NCBI RefSeq assembly: GCF_006345805.1
Contig: NC_042998.1
Location: forward strand, 197,842,001 to 197,906,000
From: Octopus sinensis
Taxonomy: Eukaryota
DNA length: 64,000 nucleotides
Direction: 5' to 3'
The stretch's first letter is position 1. Each line of letters opens with the position of its first letter. The notes below the pieces were generated by a model. The model had not been told where the DNA came from. It saw only the letters and a program-made list of their open reading frames with translations, and ran no database searches. Made by a program: the position numbers and the translations under genes. Below are positions 22,748 to 35,564 of this stretch, one piece after another.

Positions 22748-25634
22748 GGGCAAATCGAAGTGAAGTTGATACCCCCGTCAACGATGCTATCTCTGATGCC
22801 CTTTATTCTGCTTGTTCCCCAACTCCCGCCCCTCAGACTTCACAGCTCAGCATCGTCTACACCAACTCGTGCTCCTTATTCCCAAAGTTCAGTGAACTAT
22901 TTACACTGGCCCTACGCGACTCCCCTGATGTGATAGCTATCACCGAGACTTGGCTGACTCCAGCAGTAAAGGACTCAGAGATCCACCTGCAGGGCTACGT
23001 CCTTTTCAGATGTGACAGAGGAAAAAGGCGAGGTGGAGGTGTTGCTGTGTATGTTAAGTCTGAGCACAAACCGTCCTGCGGTATTCTACCCACAAATGCT
23101 CAACCTACAACCAAATTCGATGCCGTCTATTGCAAGCTGAGCCTATCTGAGTTTTGCCTGCCCGTGTTGGCTGTCTACAGGCCGCCTCTAGCCGACCCCC
23201 AGGACGATGCTCATCTACTCGAAGCGATAAGATTCGTTTCAGCTTCGCATGACTGCTTGGTACTAGGCGACTTCAACGCTCCCACGATCGATTGGCCCGC
23301 ATCAATTTGTACAACATCTTCCCGGTTCGGCCAGGCCCTTCTTGACGTGGCTGAAGATTGTTTTCTATCGAACATGTTGAATATCCGACAAGGCATCGGT
23401 CTGGGCAGCAGCCATCTATGCTAGATCTGGTATTCTCCCGCTATCCAAGATCAGTGTCAGACGTATCTGTGTGCGCCCCTCTTGCCAAGAGTGATCATGC
23501 GGTCCTGAAGTTCGTCATGAACACAACTTTTCCACGCCCACGATTACTTCGCTGCCACGTAGAGTCTTCTCTGCAATTAATCTTGAAATTCTAACCGAGG
23601 CTTCCGCGCTTCTGGACTGGCGTTCCCTGATGACGTTGTCCTCAGTTGACGAACTATGGTCATCCCTCAAAGCATATGTAATCTGTTTGACTGACCAGGC
23701 AGTTCCCGTTGGACTTCCCAAGAGGAAGAAACACAAGCCCTGGGTGACGAAGAAGGTTAAACGAGAACGTCGACTCAGAGATTGCTTGGGCTGAATTCAA
23801 AAATCTGGATTCGACTGCAGCTTTTGAGGTGTACAAAACTCAACGAGACGAGCCGTGAAAATTGAAAAGAAAGAACGCTTCAGTTATGAATACAAAATCG
23901 CGGCAAATGCCAGTAGCAATCCAAAAACCTTCTTTGCCCATGTCCAGCGGAATTCCCGCTTGAACAACCAGATTGCAACGTTGGTAGACTCAACAGGCGT
24001 ATCGATTGAGGACCCTTATCAACAGAGTCAATTATTTGCCGAGGCTTTTTCAACTATTTTCAAACAAGATGATGGTCGTGAACCCCCTCCATTTGATAGA
24101 TCGGTACCTTCGGTATGCTTCGATTGATCATCACGCGGGACCAAGTCAAGCGTGTTATTCAAGGCCTCGATGTCAACAAGGGTCACGGCCCTGACGGCAT
24201 ACACCCACGGTTATCAAAGCGTTGGCTCCGGTCATCTGCGAGCCCTTAACACGACTATTCAATATGTCATTGGCGACGGGTGTTATACCTGCAGACTGGA
24301 GAACAGCGATAATCTGCCCAATTTTCAAGAAAGGGAGCCGCGAAGACCCGCTTAACTACCGACCGGTTTCCCTTACATCAATAATCAGCAAGATGTTCGA
24401 AACCATCCTTAAGAAAGGTATGATGCTCCACCTCCTAAACACAGCCTCGATCACTGATTCCCAACACGGCTTCGTGCCGAAGAGATCATGCTTGACCAAC
24501 TTACTAGTAATGGAAGAATTAGTGACGCGCATCCTCGATGATAGTGATGCTGTTGACATCGTTTTATTGGACTTTGCCAAAGCTTTTGACTCGGTAAACC
24601 ACCGCCTACTACTTGTCAAGCTTCAAGCATATAGTTTCCATCCGGATATTGTACGATGGGTTGGTGCCTTCCTCTCAGATCGCTCCTTCCAAGTTCAAGT
24701 TAATGGTTCGCGGTCCGACGTCTCCAGTGTGAGCAGTGGCGTGCCTCAAGGTTCAGTGCTTGGGCCCTTGTTGTTCTTAGTCTTCATAAATGACTTGCCC
24801 GACGACCTCACGCAACACACCCTTCTATTTGCCGACGATATCAAACTGGTCGCTCCTCGCGGTAGTATAGAGGATCTTCGTCGATGCCTCCACCAAATTT
24901 GGAAGTGGTCTAACGATTGGGACCTGTGTCTGAACGTGTCAAAGTGCTGTCATCTGCCTGTCGGCTCTACTCCTGCAACTCAACTTGATTTCGAGCCGGG
25001 TCGTCTGCTGCTGGAGAGGACCGATCAGGTAAAGGACCTGGGTATCTTGGTGGATTCCTCCTTTTCGCCTTCGGCCCAGTGCGTCCATGCTGCCAACAAA
25101 GCGCGCGGAATTCTGTTTTTGATTCGACGGTCATTCGGAATGCTCACAGCAGCCATATTCCTGCCACTCTATGTCACGCTGGTGAGACCCATATTGGAGT
25201 ATGGGATTCAAGCCTCTTCTCCTTATCTCCTCAAAGACATACAGCACCTCGAAAGAGTCCAGAGGCTGGCTACCCGCATGGTTCATGGTCTCAAAAATTT
25301 GTCCTACGAAAAAGGCTGAGGACGCTCGACCTTTGTTCTCTCTGAAAAACGCCGCCGCCGTGGTGATCTCATTCTCGCCCACAACATCATAAGCAGGAAG
25401 TGTAACCTCTCGAAAGAGCTGTTCTTCACTCCTGCTCCGGAGCGTCGGCTGCGGGGTCATTCCGAAAAGCTCTACCTCTACCTGCGACGATTTCATCTCA
25501 ATCGAAGGAGAGGAGCTTTCTCCGTCCGGGTTGCGGATCCGTGGAACAAGCTGCCAGACGAGATGGTGAAGATGCCGACGACCGCTTTGTTCAAAGCCTC
25601 CCTGGACCTCAAGTGGCCTGAACTCTTTACATGA
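22744..25634 (+). pseudogene. LINE ORF2 (AP endonuclease + reverse transcriptase) with several frameshifts
   Basis: APE: IAITETWL, YRPP, LGDFNAP, SDH; RT: NYRPVSLTS, QHGF, DFAKAFDSV, GVPQGSVLGP, FADD; split over ORFs 22744, 23358, 23855, 24222 and a final frame ending at 25634. Confidence 0.92.
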
Positions 25635-26824
25635 ACACCACCCTGTACTTAACTCCATGTCCCCCTACATGGCCTTGCTATTTGCTTTTGAGCCAAATTA
25701 ACTAACTAACTAACTAACTAACATGCAACAATAATGGTTTAGTGAAGAGAAGGGGACGTAAGCCTTGACCTTTACAGGTTTTCTCACACTTATATAATTA
25801 ATATTGTTGATGTTAATCTTGGAAATCTGATAATCGACATATACAATGAAGACCATGGCCAATGTGGGAAGTCCGGGGCAGTAACAATCTGAAGAAGAAA
25901 GACCGGGTTAATTGGTTTGTGGGAGGCAAGAGTACGAGAGACAAATGTTTCAATCGTCCGGAGCTGTCATCAGCTGACTAGTATTTGTAAAGCTAAACAT
26001 TTGTAGCGTCATTGAAAGTTTTAATTGTATGTTGTCTATGATTAGAGATTGTGAGTTAACCCTTTGCCTATCCAAAGCAGTTTCATAAATCTATCCTAAA
26101 TATCCATGCTTGTTTTCAAACTTTTAGTTAGCCCTTGTTTGATATGTTCTGAGTAATGTTAAACTTTCCTTTCATAAGTCCCAAGTTACTCTGGTGGCTG
26201 AAAAAAATGGGACTGTATATCATATATGATGCACGGAGAACAGGGAAGTATACCCCATGTATTACAAGTTAAGGGTTAAGTAGAATGATTGTGTGATGAA
26301 GTATTAGCAGAGACAAAATGTTCATGTTCAAATTGGAGAATATCTTTGAGGTTTTTATTCATGAAGGCAGCGCAGATTTAATTTCAAGGGTCAAAGCTGA
26401 ATGTATATGCAGACGTTAAGTGGATAGATAGGTGTTATGTGTAGAAGTTGATTGGATAGATAGACAATGTATGTGTTGACTGGATAGATAGACAGAATAT
26501 GCAGATAATTACTTGATAGTGTGTGTGGTAATCGGATAGAGAGGCCGTAAACGAAGGTTGGAAAGGTAGACACTGCATAGTTTTTCATTGAATAGTCCGT
26601 GGATGTTGTCTAAATAAATACAATGAATAGATTAACATATCAACACACACACACACACTCACACATACACTCACACATATAGTTGCATAAATCTTTGTGT
26701 CTACCTATAAATCTGCGTATATATATGTATGCGTATACGCTTGCTATCAAATACAAAATATTACAATTACACCTCATCCAATGATATTTAACACGTTAAA
26801 AAGTTAAAGTCTAATTCGAGCTTA

Positions 26825-27083
26825 AAATAAATAAATGCGTCCTTTTAAAGCCTAGCCGGGCTCATGGGCCCGGTTTCCCGGTTTCAATGGCGTATGTGTT
26901 CCCCAGCTGGGCGGGACGCCAGTCCATCGCAGCGTTACACATTTTTGCCAGCTGAGTGGACTGGAGCAACGTGAAATGAAGGGTTTTGCTCAAGAACACA
27001 ACGCATCGCCCGATCCAGGAATCGAAACCTCAATCTTACGATCATGATGCTGACACCCTAACCACTAAGCCACGTGCCTCCAC
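26825..27083 (-). mobile_element. SINE family E
   Basis: Full copy; TTCGAGCTTA flanks both sides. Confidence 0.85.
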
Positions 27084-27266
27084 ATTTCGAGCTTACAGGT
27101 TCATTTAAGCTGATCCCGATTTCTAGGATGTTTAAATGATTAAAATAAAAGTGCAAATGACAACTGTGGACGGGACGTGAGTCACTCTCTCACCCAACAA
27201 ACGGGTGGCACTCTTATTCAGCTGGGTGGATTGAAGTAACGTGAAATGATAGGCCTGGCTCAAAAA

Positions 27267-27498
27267 CTATTTCTTTACTACCCACAAGGGGCTACACACA
27301 GAGGGGACAAACAAGGACACACAGACGGATTAAGTCGATTAGATCGACCCCAGTGCGAAACTGGTACTTAATTTACCGACCCCGAAAGGATGAAAGGCAA
27401 AGTCGACCTCGGCGGTATTTGAACTCAGAACGCAGCGGCAGACAAAATACTGCTACGCATTTCGCCCAGCGTGCTAACGATTCTGCCAGCTCGCCGCC
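27267..27498 (-). mobile_element. SINE family B nested in an older degenerate E-like copy (about 27170-27560)
   Basis: TSD GCCTGGCTCAAAAAC on both sides; host shows GCAACGTGAAATGA...CTCAAAAACACAAC...GAATCGAAC similarity. Confidence 0.9.
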
Positions 27499-28598
27499 TG
27501 GCTCAAAAACACAACGAGCTGCCTAGTCCAAGAATCGAACCCATCACCCAAAACACTATGCCACTCACCTTTATACCTTAAAAGACAAATAAGAACATAA
27601 TGATTTCAAGGGATGCACAAACTATAGCTAGAAAGTCGCTGGTTAAAAGTCTGGTGGGAATCGCTAGTCATGTATTTCTATTTCCGCTTGATCCCTCTTG
27701 TTAATAAACCCTCTTCCAGGTTCCTGTTTCTCTGCTGAATAGAATATTTTTAACACAATAACCATTTGGAAACTTCTTTGTTCGCGTCGGCATGCTCTGT
27801 TTAAACAACGGCTGCTTTCTATATTTATCAACATTTAACGACGCAAATCACTGACGTGATGGGAGTAACCAGATGTGGAATCTAAAATAGTCGAGCGTTC
27901 CCACTGATGGGGATTTAAATATGAATTTTTCTTTTTCTAATTGTCAAAACGGTGGCTTCATTTTAATATTTATTCGTTTCTGCGGCTAAGATAAAGTCTT
28001 TACGTGCGTTTGTTTATGTCTTACAAATTTACAACAAAAACACTGTTGTAATGGTAAGATGTGCAGTCTTTCTTGTGAATAACTGCTGCAGAGAAGTAAA
28101 CTCCTACAATAAACGTAATTCTAAACTAAATTTAGGGTGAAGAAAAAACAAAAAAAATTACGGAAATGATTAAAAAGCAATCCAGGTAAAATAAATTGTA
28201 TTGTTTGGATTCTACATTTTAAAGTCTCCTATGTAAACTTTAATTTAAGCATAACCTCTGTGTGTGTGTGTGTGTGTGTAAGACATAATGGAACACACAT
28301 GCTCAATGTATGTACTTTGCTTGTTTGCCGGTAGCTTGTGCCGGGTGTTAAAACACCTAAAAGTCATAGACAGGTGAAACAACTAACCCAAAAAACCCAC
28401 CAGGAGCGATAGACATCGATATTTTACAATCTTTTTTTATTTTGACTTATTAACATCACTTACTTGAAACTGAATTGGATGTGAACTGAATCGCCTGTCC
28501 ATAACAATTTACATATAGTGTAAAGAACCAGTTCGTCTCCAATTTAAGTTTAGTTTCGTGATGTTGGTAAACCATAAAAATGGCGTCACATCAATGTA

Positions 28599-29747
28599 CA
28601 CAGACAGGACAGAAGTAAATAGACACCTCATAAAACATTGTTTTATGATTCTTTTAACTTGAAATGGTTTATATATTTTTTTATTAGTGGACATTTTTAT
28701 GTTTCAGGTTCTGCAAGTGACTTTCTAATCATGCCACGTACAAAAGAAGCCTTGAAACCGTCCAAATTTCAAAGAGGCCGTATTATGGGTCAATCTGAAG
28801 GTGAACATGATCAGCGTAAAATCGCATCACCTTGCCCAGGTCGACCAGGGCCCTCTGACAGACGCTTTGCTTTATTAAGTGAAGTGTGGAGGATAATGCT
28901 CATTGCAAGACCTCTGACATAGAACAAGTCAATGTCGGTCTCAAAACAGCTGTCAAGTATCTCCACAAACTTGGCTACTAAGGTAGAGTAGCAAGAAGGA
29001 AGCCACTTCTTCAAGCAGCCAATATCAAATGGAGAAGAGATTAGGCCAGTGGCTGCTAGCATCTTGAGACACTATCATATTCTCTGATGAGTCCAGATTT
29101 GCTGTATGTTCGAGTGTAGGTCTAGAGACTCTGTGATCAAGAATTTGACGTGAAAAGATTGCAGCTAACAATGAAACAAGGCAGCTATCTGTAATGGTCT
29201 GGAGAGCAATTTGGAGCAATGGTTGATCAGAGCTGATGGAGTGATGATGGAAATATAAACTCAGATAAATATGTGTCCACACAGTAGAAAGGACTCCTTC
29301 CAATCTTCTCCAATGTTGGAATGATTAAAGAAGACTATTTATGGAAGATGGGGCTCCTTGTCACACGGCTAAAATGACCTAAGATTGGTTGGAAAAGAAT
29401 GGCATTAAAAAACTTCCATGGCCAAACCAGTCACCAGATATGAACCCTGTTGAACACTTCTGGGGCATAATGGACAGGATACTTCGTAAAAAGAAGAAAG
29501 CATCCTCAAAGCCAGATCTTCTGAGATTACTGCATGAAACCTGGCAAGAAATTCCCCAATAGAATATTCATCTTCTGATCAGTAGCATGCCTTATAGGAT
29601 CCTTGCATTAAAAAATGCAAAGGGCATGTCTACTAAATATAATACATGCACGTTATAATGATTAATAAACAATTTGAATGTATAATTTCAGATCTAAATG
29701 AATTTTAATGGTTATAAGGGTAACTATTTACTTCTATCATGTCTGTG
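28599..29747 (+). mobile_element. Tc1-like DNA transposon, defective
   Basis: Imperfect TIRs CACAGACAGGACAGAAGTAAATAGACACC / GGTAACTATTTACTTCTATCATGTCTGTG with TA TSD; relic transposase MPRTKE..., IFSDESRF, MEDGAPCH, WPNQSPDMNPVEHFWG (DD34E-type) with stops and frameshifts. Confidence 0.9.
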
Positions 29748-30144
29748 TATATCGCTCCTGGGTGGAATCTGAGCTGAGTTGTCTCTCTTGACTTTTAGGC
29801 GTCTTAACACACGTAGCTTTGATGGAGTTATCTCCACCGCGTCAATGCATACGACAGACGAACGAGATAAGCGCATTCATTGAGTATATGCGTTCGATAA
29901 TGTTTACATCACTAGCGCTGCTTCTAATTCATATTTGAATTTATCCCTACGTATATATCGTTCGGGCATACCGGCAAATGGCTTTTTACACTATTTGCGT
30001 ATAGTCATGGACTGGCGATTCAGTTCGCCTCCATTTCCGTTCAGTTACGTGATTTTGATAAGCCACAAACATAACAAGACATTGATGTCCATCGTTCCTG
30101 GATGAGATTTGGGTTTAGCTGTCTCGTTGCTTCTAGTTTATACT

Positions 30145-30185
<41 letters not shown>

Positions 30186-30194
30186 TATATATAT

Positions 30195-30515
30195 ATGAAA
30201 TTTAATAAGGGTAGAAATTGATATTAATCAATTAAAACCAGTGGCCTAGCATATTAAAAAAATCCGAAGATTAAAATATTTTTACATACAAAATTTAAAG
30301 GACTGACCACTAAAAGTGGACGGTCAACATGCTACATAGGTAATCATTTTTATTTCGTATATTTTCATTTGTCCATCGGTATTATTTGTCTTGCTTATTT
30401 TATGCTTTGGTTTGTGGTGAGTTTTTATTTGAGAACAAACTCTTTGTGGAAAATAGCGATTTTGACGTCTATATCTAGTATGTTGACCGTCCACTTTTAG
30501 TGGTCAGTCCTTAAT
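30195..30515. mobile_element. Fold-back element between (TA)n tracts
   Basis: Inverted arms AAGGACTGACCACTAAAAGTGGACGGTCAACAT (30298) and ATGTTGACCGTCCACTTTTAGTGGTCAGTCCTT (to 30512). Confidence 0.65.
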
Positions 30516-30520
30516 TTTAT

Positions 30521-30581
<61 letters not shown>

Positions 30582-30591
30582 CATATATATA

Positions 30592-30745
30592 GGGGAGAAT
30601 TCACAAAAAAGCAGAAGACGAAGACAGGTGGTGTAGACAACAAACAGGTGTATTAGTTTAACGCTCGGGAAGTGAAAAAGTCTTTAACGTTTCGAGCCTA
30701 CGTTCTTCCACAGAAAGGAACACAGAAAGAAACAAGGAGAGATAT
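30592..30745 (-). mobile_element. Repeat module with degenerate hammerhead-like core
   Basis: Minus CTGTGGAAGAACGTAGGCTCGAAACG; homologous to 18365-18548, 19394-19570 and 47885-48068. Confidence 0.7.
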
Positions 30746-31518
30746 GCACATATATATGTGTACGTATACATAAATACATACATGTGTGTGTATGTATGTG
30801 CGTGTGTGTGTGTGAGTGTGTGTGTGTGTGTGTGTGTATGTGTGTGCGTGTGTGTAAAACACTAAGAAGGCATAAAGAAAACCGCTCTATCATTAGACCT
30901 GTCTAAATTACAGTGGTTTGTGGTTTTATACTGAGAATTTACAATTAACTAGTGATAAACTACCAATAGGAAGGCATCTTGTGAAGATTTCATTTTCGAT
31001 GTTGAGGTAGTATTAGGTAATCATTTGTTTTTTAATTTTGTTTCCTTCTTGATTCTTGCTTTTGGTCTATGAAGCACTAGTCATTTGTTGACTATTCTCT
31101 ATTTTACTGTTTTTGCACAAAAACAAAACAAAACAAAAGCAACAAACAAACCCGTTATAGAATATTAATTCACCACCTTGATTATAAAGATCTCGGAGAA
31201 TAGATTAAAGTAGATTCTTGATTCATATCTGAATGGCTCGTGTCCATAGATTGACACATGGATCTTTGGTTTGGTTGAATAATAGTTTACAGACCACTTG
31301 AAACCAAATCCTACCATCTCAATGAAATTCTTTGATCTCGGCGTTCCTGTTGTTGCTAAGAAACGAAATGATTTGTTCTGTAAATATCAAAGCGGAAATA
31401 ATATATTATACTGTCGCTGTTGTTATTGTTATTGGCTGCAGTTGTTGATGACGACGACGACGACGACGACGATGATGATGATGATGATATTATGATATTG
31501 AAATGATAAGGATTTTGA

Positions 31519-31550
<32 letters not shown>

Positions 31551-31685
31551 CGACGACAACGATGGTGGTACAATTGATGATGTAGATAATGTTGACTGTG
31601 TTATTAATGTTGATGTTGTTGTTATTGATGGTGCTGGTTGTGTTGTTGTTGCTATTGCTAATGGTAGTGTTGCTATTGGTGCTGT

Positions 31686-32052
31686 CTGTTTGTTTGTTGA
31701 GCGAAGCGGTCTTCGTGGGAGAAGCCCGAAACGTGGTCCTTTGCTATTCGTAAGACCCGCAGAAGAGAAAGCAGGTCACCCCCCCCCGGCACCGAGAGCA
31801 TCGACGGATGGATGAATGCGCATCCAGGCTCAGCGGTTGCGTAGAAAGTCGGGGACAAGAAACAGGAAGAAAGAGTGAGAGAAAGTTGGGGCGAAAGAGT
31901 ACAACAGGGGTCACCACCACTCCTTGCCGGAAGCTTGTGGAGCTTTAGGCGTTTTCGCTCAATAAACACACACAACGCCTGGTCTGGGAATCGAAACCGC
32001 GATCCTCCGACCGCGAGTCCGCTGCCCTAACCACTGGGCCATTGCGCCTCCA
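31686..32052 (-). mobile_element. SINE family A variant with alternative 3' half (A2)
   Basis: Same tRNA-like head and first ~190 bp as family A, different tail; TSD CTATTGGTGCTGT at 31673-31685 and 32053-32065. Confidence 0.9.
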
Positions 32053-32574
32053 CTATTGGTGCTGTTGTTTGTAGTGGTAGCAGTGGTGCTGTTGGTATTG
32101 ATACTTAGACGAGTTGAAACTTGGCTGAGTATATTTAATCATAAAAGACATTCTAACCGTGAACACCATGTTTTTTTTTCCTGTACGCAGGAAACCTAAG
32201 ATTATGTTATCTAACGTTTCTATTTTTGAAAGGTAGGGTATGATCTGAAGAAGACTTGGCTGCCATTTCTGTGAGGTCGGGCTAGAAAAGGCCTCTACAA
32301 AGGCTAGTTGTTGTTAATGATACACACGTTATTAATAGTGACTTTTTGTTATATATCTCATTTGGCGACCGATGGTGTCTTCGGTTATTGGCTTCCAACA
32401 GGCTAGTTCCTGGCTTTCGACAGTTTGCAAAAAACGAAGGTCGTACCCTGAAACATAGGCGAACGAAAACCGTTTGCACACCCTACACAAAATGTAAACG
32501 TATTCGCCCCTAAATGGGAAAAAAAAACAGAAAACAAGCCTGAAAAGGCCGACAATGGGTCACAAGACACTCAC

Positions 32575-32742
32575 CGTTCAAAACGATATTTAAACAAGTT
32601 TTTAACAAAGGAATTCCCAAAAGTGAAAACCTGCAACGAAATTCAACGTCAAATAACTATCAATAAACCTTGAAAATAATCCATTGACCGTAACACGAGA
32701 GAGGACAAGCCACACTGTCTTTCACTGACAGAGCGCATGCGC
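32575..32742 (-). promoter_or_regulatory. Candidate promoter and non-coding first exon of a leftward gene
   Basis: Unique, CpG-containing segment; palindrome GCGCATGCGC (NRF1-type) at 32733-32742; consensus donor G|GTGAGT on minus at 32575/32574. Confidence 0.35.
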
Positions 32743-32893
32743 CTTTACACGGTATAGGACAGTTGACTTGCTGTCCCACAGGTGTGTCAGGATTTCATCA
32801 CAACAGTCTGAAAATGATGACCCGACTATTCTTAGATATTTTGTGTGCGTGTCTATATATATGCATGCGTGTATATTTATATGCATACACATA

Positions 32894-32895
<2 letters not shown>

Positions 32896-32930
<35 letters not shown>

Positions 32931-32932
32931 GC

Positions 32933-33003
<71 letters not shown>
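32896..33003. repeat. (TCTG)n(TCTA)n microsatellite
   Basis: Direct reading. Confidence 0.95.
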
Positions 33004-33005
<2 letters not shown>

Positions 33006-33081
33006 CGTCCGTCTTTCTGTCCGTTTCTCTGTCTACCTGTTCGTCTGTCTGTCTGTTTGTCTCTCCCTCCCACCTCTCCCC

Positions 33082-33127
<46 letters not shown>

Positions 33128-33134
33128 TAAATAA

Positions 33135-33169
<35 letters not shown>

Positions 33170-33172
33170 TAA

Positions 33173-33207
<35 letters not shown>

Positions 33208-33212
<5 letters not shown>

Positions 33213-33377
33213 AAAACAGAAAATGGAGAAATATTGATGAACGACAATTGACTTACATCAATTATTATTTATTAATTCAATACAAAGAGACCGCCGAAAC
33301 ATCTGTATTGAATTAATAAATAATTGATGTAAGTCAATTGCTGTTCATCAATAATTCTTCATTATCTGTTTTCTTTA
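33208..33377. repeat. DNA hairpin (about 75-bp arms) next to (TA)n
   Basis: CAATTGACTTACATCAATTATTTATTAATTCAATAC and exact reverse complement; loop AAAGAGACCGCCGAAACATCT. Confidence 0.85.
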
Positions 33378-33564
33378 AATTTTGATTCTTGAGAAACTCA
33401 TATTTATCCTTGCCTTTACCTATAATTTATGAATTCAATATGCCTGCATATATATGCCCATAGTTAAACACAGGTAATATACCTCTAGTAAAATGGATAC
33501 TTTTATTCCTTAGACGGTTATTTTAACCTCTAACTCAGCTAGCCTATATACATACGCATACACG

Positions 33565-33624
<60 letters not shown>

Positions 33625-33664
33625 ATATATGTATGTATGAATGTGTATATACATACATACATAC

Positions 33665-33695
<31 letters not shown>

Positions 33696-33721
33696 CATAA
33701 ATACATACATATATATAAATG

Positions 33722-33944
33722 GATGAATGAATTATCCTTTGTTTCCAGTTAACATGGAAAATTCAATAAACAGTTACCAGGGTAGCGAAATTCACGAAAG
33801 TAACAAGGATGTATCGACCTATTCAAAGGTAGAAATTCCGGCTTAATGTGCAGTAATTTGTATAGTATAAGCAAATAAATGGAGTTGAACGTATGTGTTA
33901 TTCAAAGAATTTGAATAACACCTGCGTTCAACTCCATTTATTTA

Positions 33945-33950
<6 letters not shown>
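33722..33950 (-). mobile_element. 5'-truncated fold-back relative of the 10.5 kb and 61 kb hammerhead elements
   Basis: Shares GAATGAATTATCCT, ACC.GGGTAGC.AAATTCA and GGAGTTGAACG/CGTTCAACTCC motifs; hairpin 33871-33947; no ribozyme core. Confidence 0.65.
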
Positions 33951-33986
<36 letters not shown>

Positions 33987-34836
33987 TCTTCTTTTTACTG
34001 TTTAAACTGATCTGTATATCCCTTTTATTTGACATGGTTCTAATACCCCTTTTAAAATAAATAAAAAAAATTTAATTTTAATTTCATTTTTATGTAACAG
34101 TGTTACACGGGCTTTTGCTATACCTTGATTATAAACTCTTTCCCTCTGAGCCCTTAATGTTTTCCTAGATCCCTATATAGCGTCCTAAGTTTCATAGCGT
34201 AACTGAAAATAATGACAAGTGTTACCCTACCTCTTTCATGGGCATTTATTGCTATCTAATTGACTCCTTCTTAAGTTTGTTTCTTTTTTGTGGTGAAGGG
34301 TATTGATGGTATTAAGATATTAAGGAATAGTAAGAAATTAAGGAATCAGAGAAACGTCTAGTAATATTTATTTACGATCAGCAGCCAGCTCTGAGCTGTC
34401 AACTCACAATGTTCTTTATTCTCAATAAACGTAGTATCGTAGCCTTAGATCTTTTGCTGATGATTAGAAGGTAGATAAAGGGATTAGAAATGAATTATAA
34501 TCCTTTCAACCTCAACGTGTTCAATGCCACTCCAAAATGGTAGTTCTTCGTTTAGATTATTCTTACTGCAATAGTGACAGAATGAAATTTTTCAATCCTC
34601 TAGCTCTGATAAAATATTTGAGAAAAATTATATTAATATATCATGACTGTTGAAAATCCATGTTTATTGCAACTGAGGATAGTGTGGTATTTAAATATTG
34701 ATGTAATGCTTTCATTGTTCAGTTAAATGGAGCCGCTTGAAACGGTCGTATTGCACTAATACTTGACATTCTGTTACTCGTTTTGATATATATGCACACG
34801 CACTTACACACACACATACGCACGCACACACACACG

Positions 34837-34873
<37 letters not shown>

Positions 34874-35094
34874 GCACACATGGTGTTACTCAACCATTTG
34901 GTTGATAAGTGATGAAGAATTAGTGATCTTCTTTATCTGTCTTCCGTCCATTTGTGCATTCAATATACGTTATACGTCTTTTACGTTTCCTTTGTGTATT
35001 TACAATACATTTTTCATTTATTTAGTAACAGAACACAATAAAAGCACCTTGGCTTTTATTAACAGAAAGTTACACACACACGCAAATATATATA

Positions 35095-35564
35095 TATTTT
35101 CCAGTAAATATCGGTACTTCGTTGTGCCATATATTTACTTCTATGTATAATTTTCCCTCACGGGCTATTCTTTACTGGAAAGCAATACTTTCGTATTGCA
35201 TTACTATTTTTATTGAAACTTCTTCACTGTTCTCGTTCTGTCAGCGTTTTAGCGTTTCAGTCGAGTGTATTGGCATTGATGTGGCAACATCTGAAATGTT
35301 GTCGGGTATATGTTGGCTGATGAAGATAAATCAAGTATATGTGTGCAGACATATCTTGAAAAATCTGAAACCGGTCCCACATTATCCCTTTCTAGGTATT
35401 TCATCTTTCAGATGTTCTCCCTGGAGGTAAGACAATTTTTTTCAAGTTTGTTGCACACACGCATTTTTGCTAGTACATATACGGTGAAGCTATACATTAG
35501 CGTCGTATTTATTACGTTTGCTATTTTCCAGTAAATATCGGTACTTCGTTGTGCCATATATTTA

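Larger units (their letters stand above)
21503..25722 (+). mobile_element. CR1-type LINE, near full length, ORF2 frameshifted
   Basis: ORF1, APE, RT, 3'UTR stem-loop CCATGT-CCCCCT-ACATGG and (CTAA)n tail at 25700-25722; 5' boundary uncertain. Confidence 0.9.

Noticed and set aside
25933-25980. Minus-strand CTGATGA...GAAACATTTGTC
   Set aside because: Core and stem III are present but stems I and II do not pair; at best a heavily decayed relic
29082-29115. CTGATGAGTCC hammerhead look-alike
   Set aside because: It encodes the Tc1 SDESRF motif; no stem II closure or GAAA
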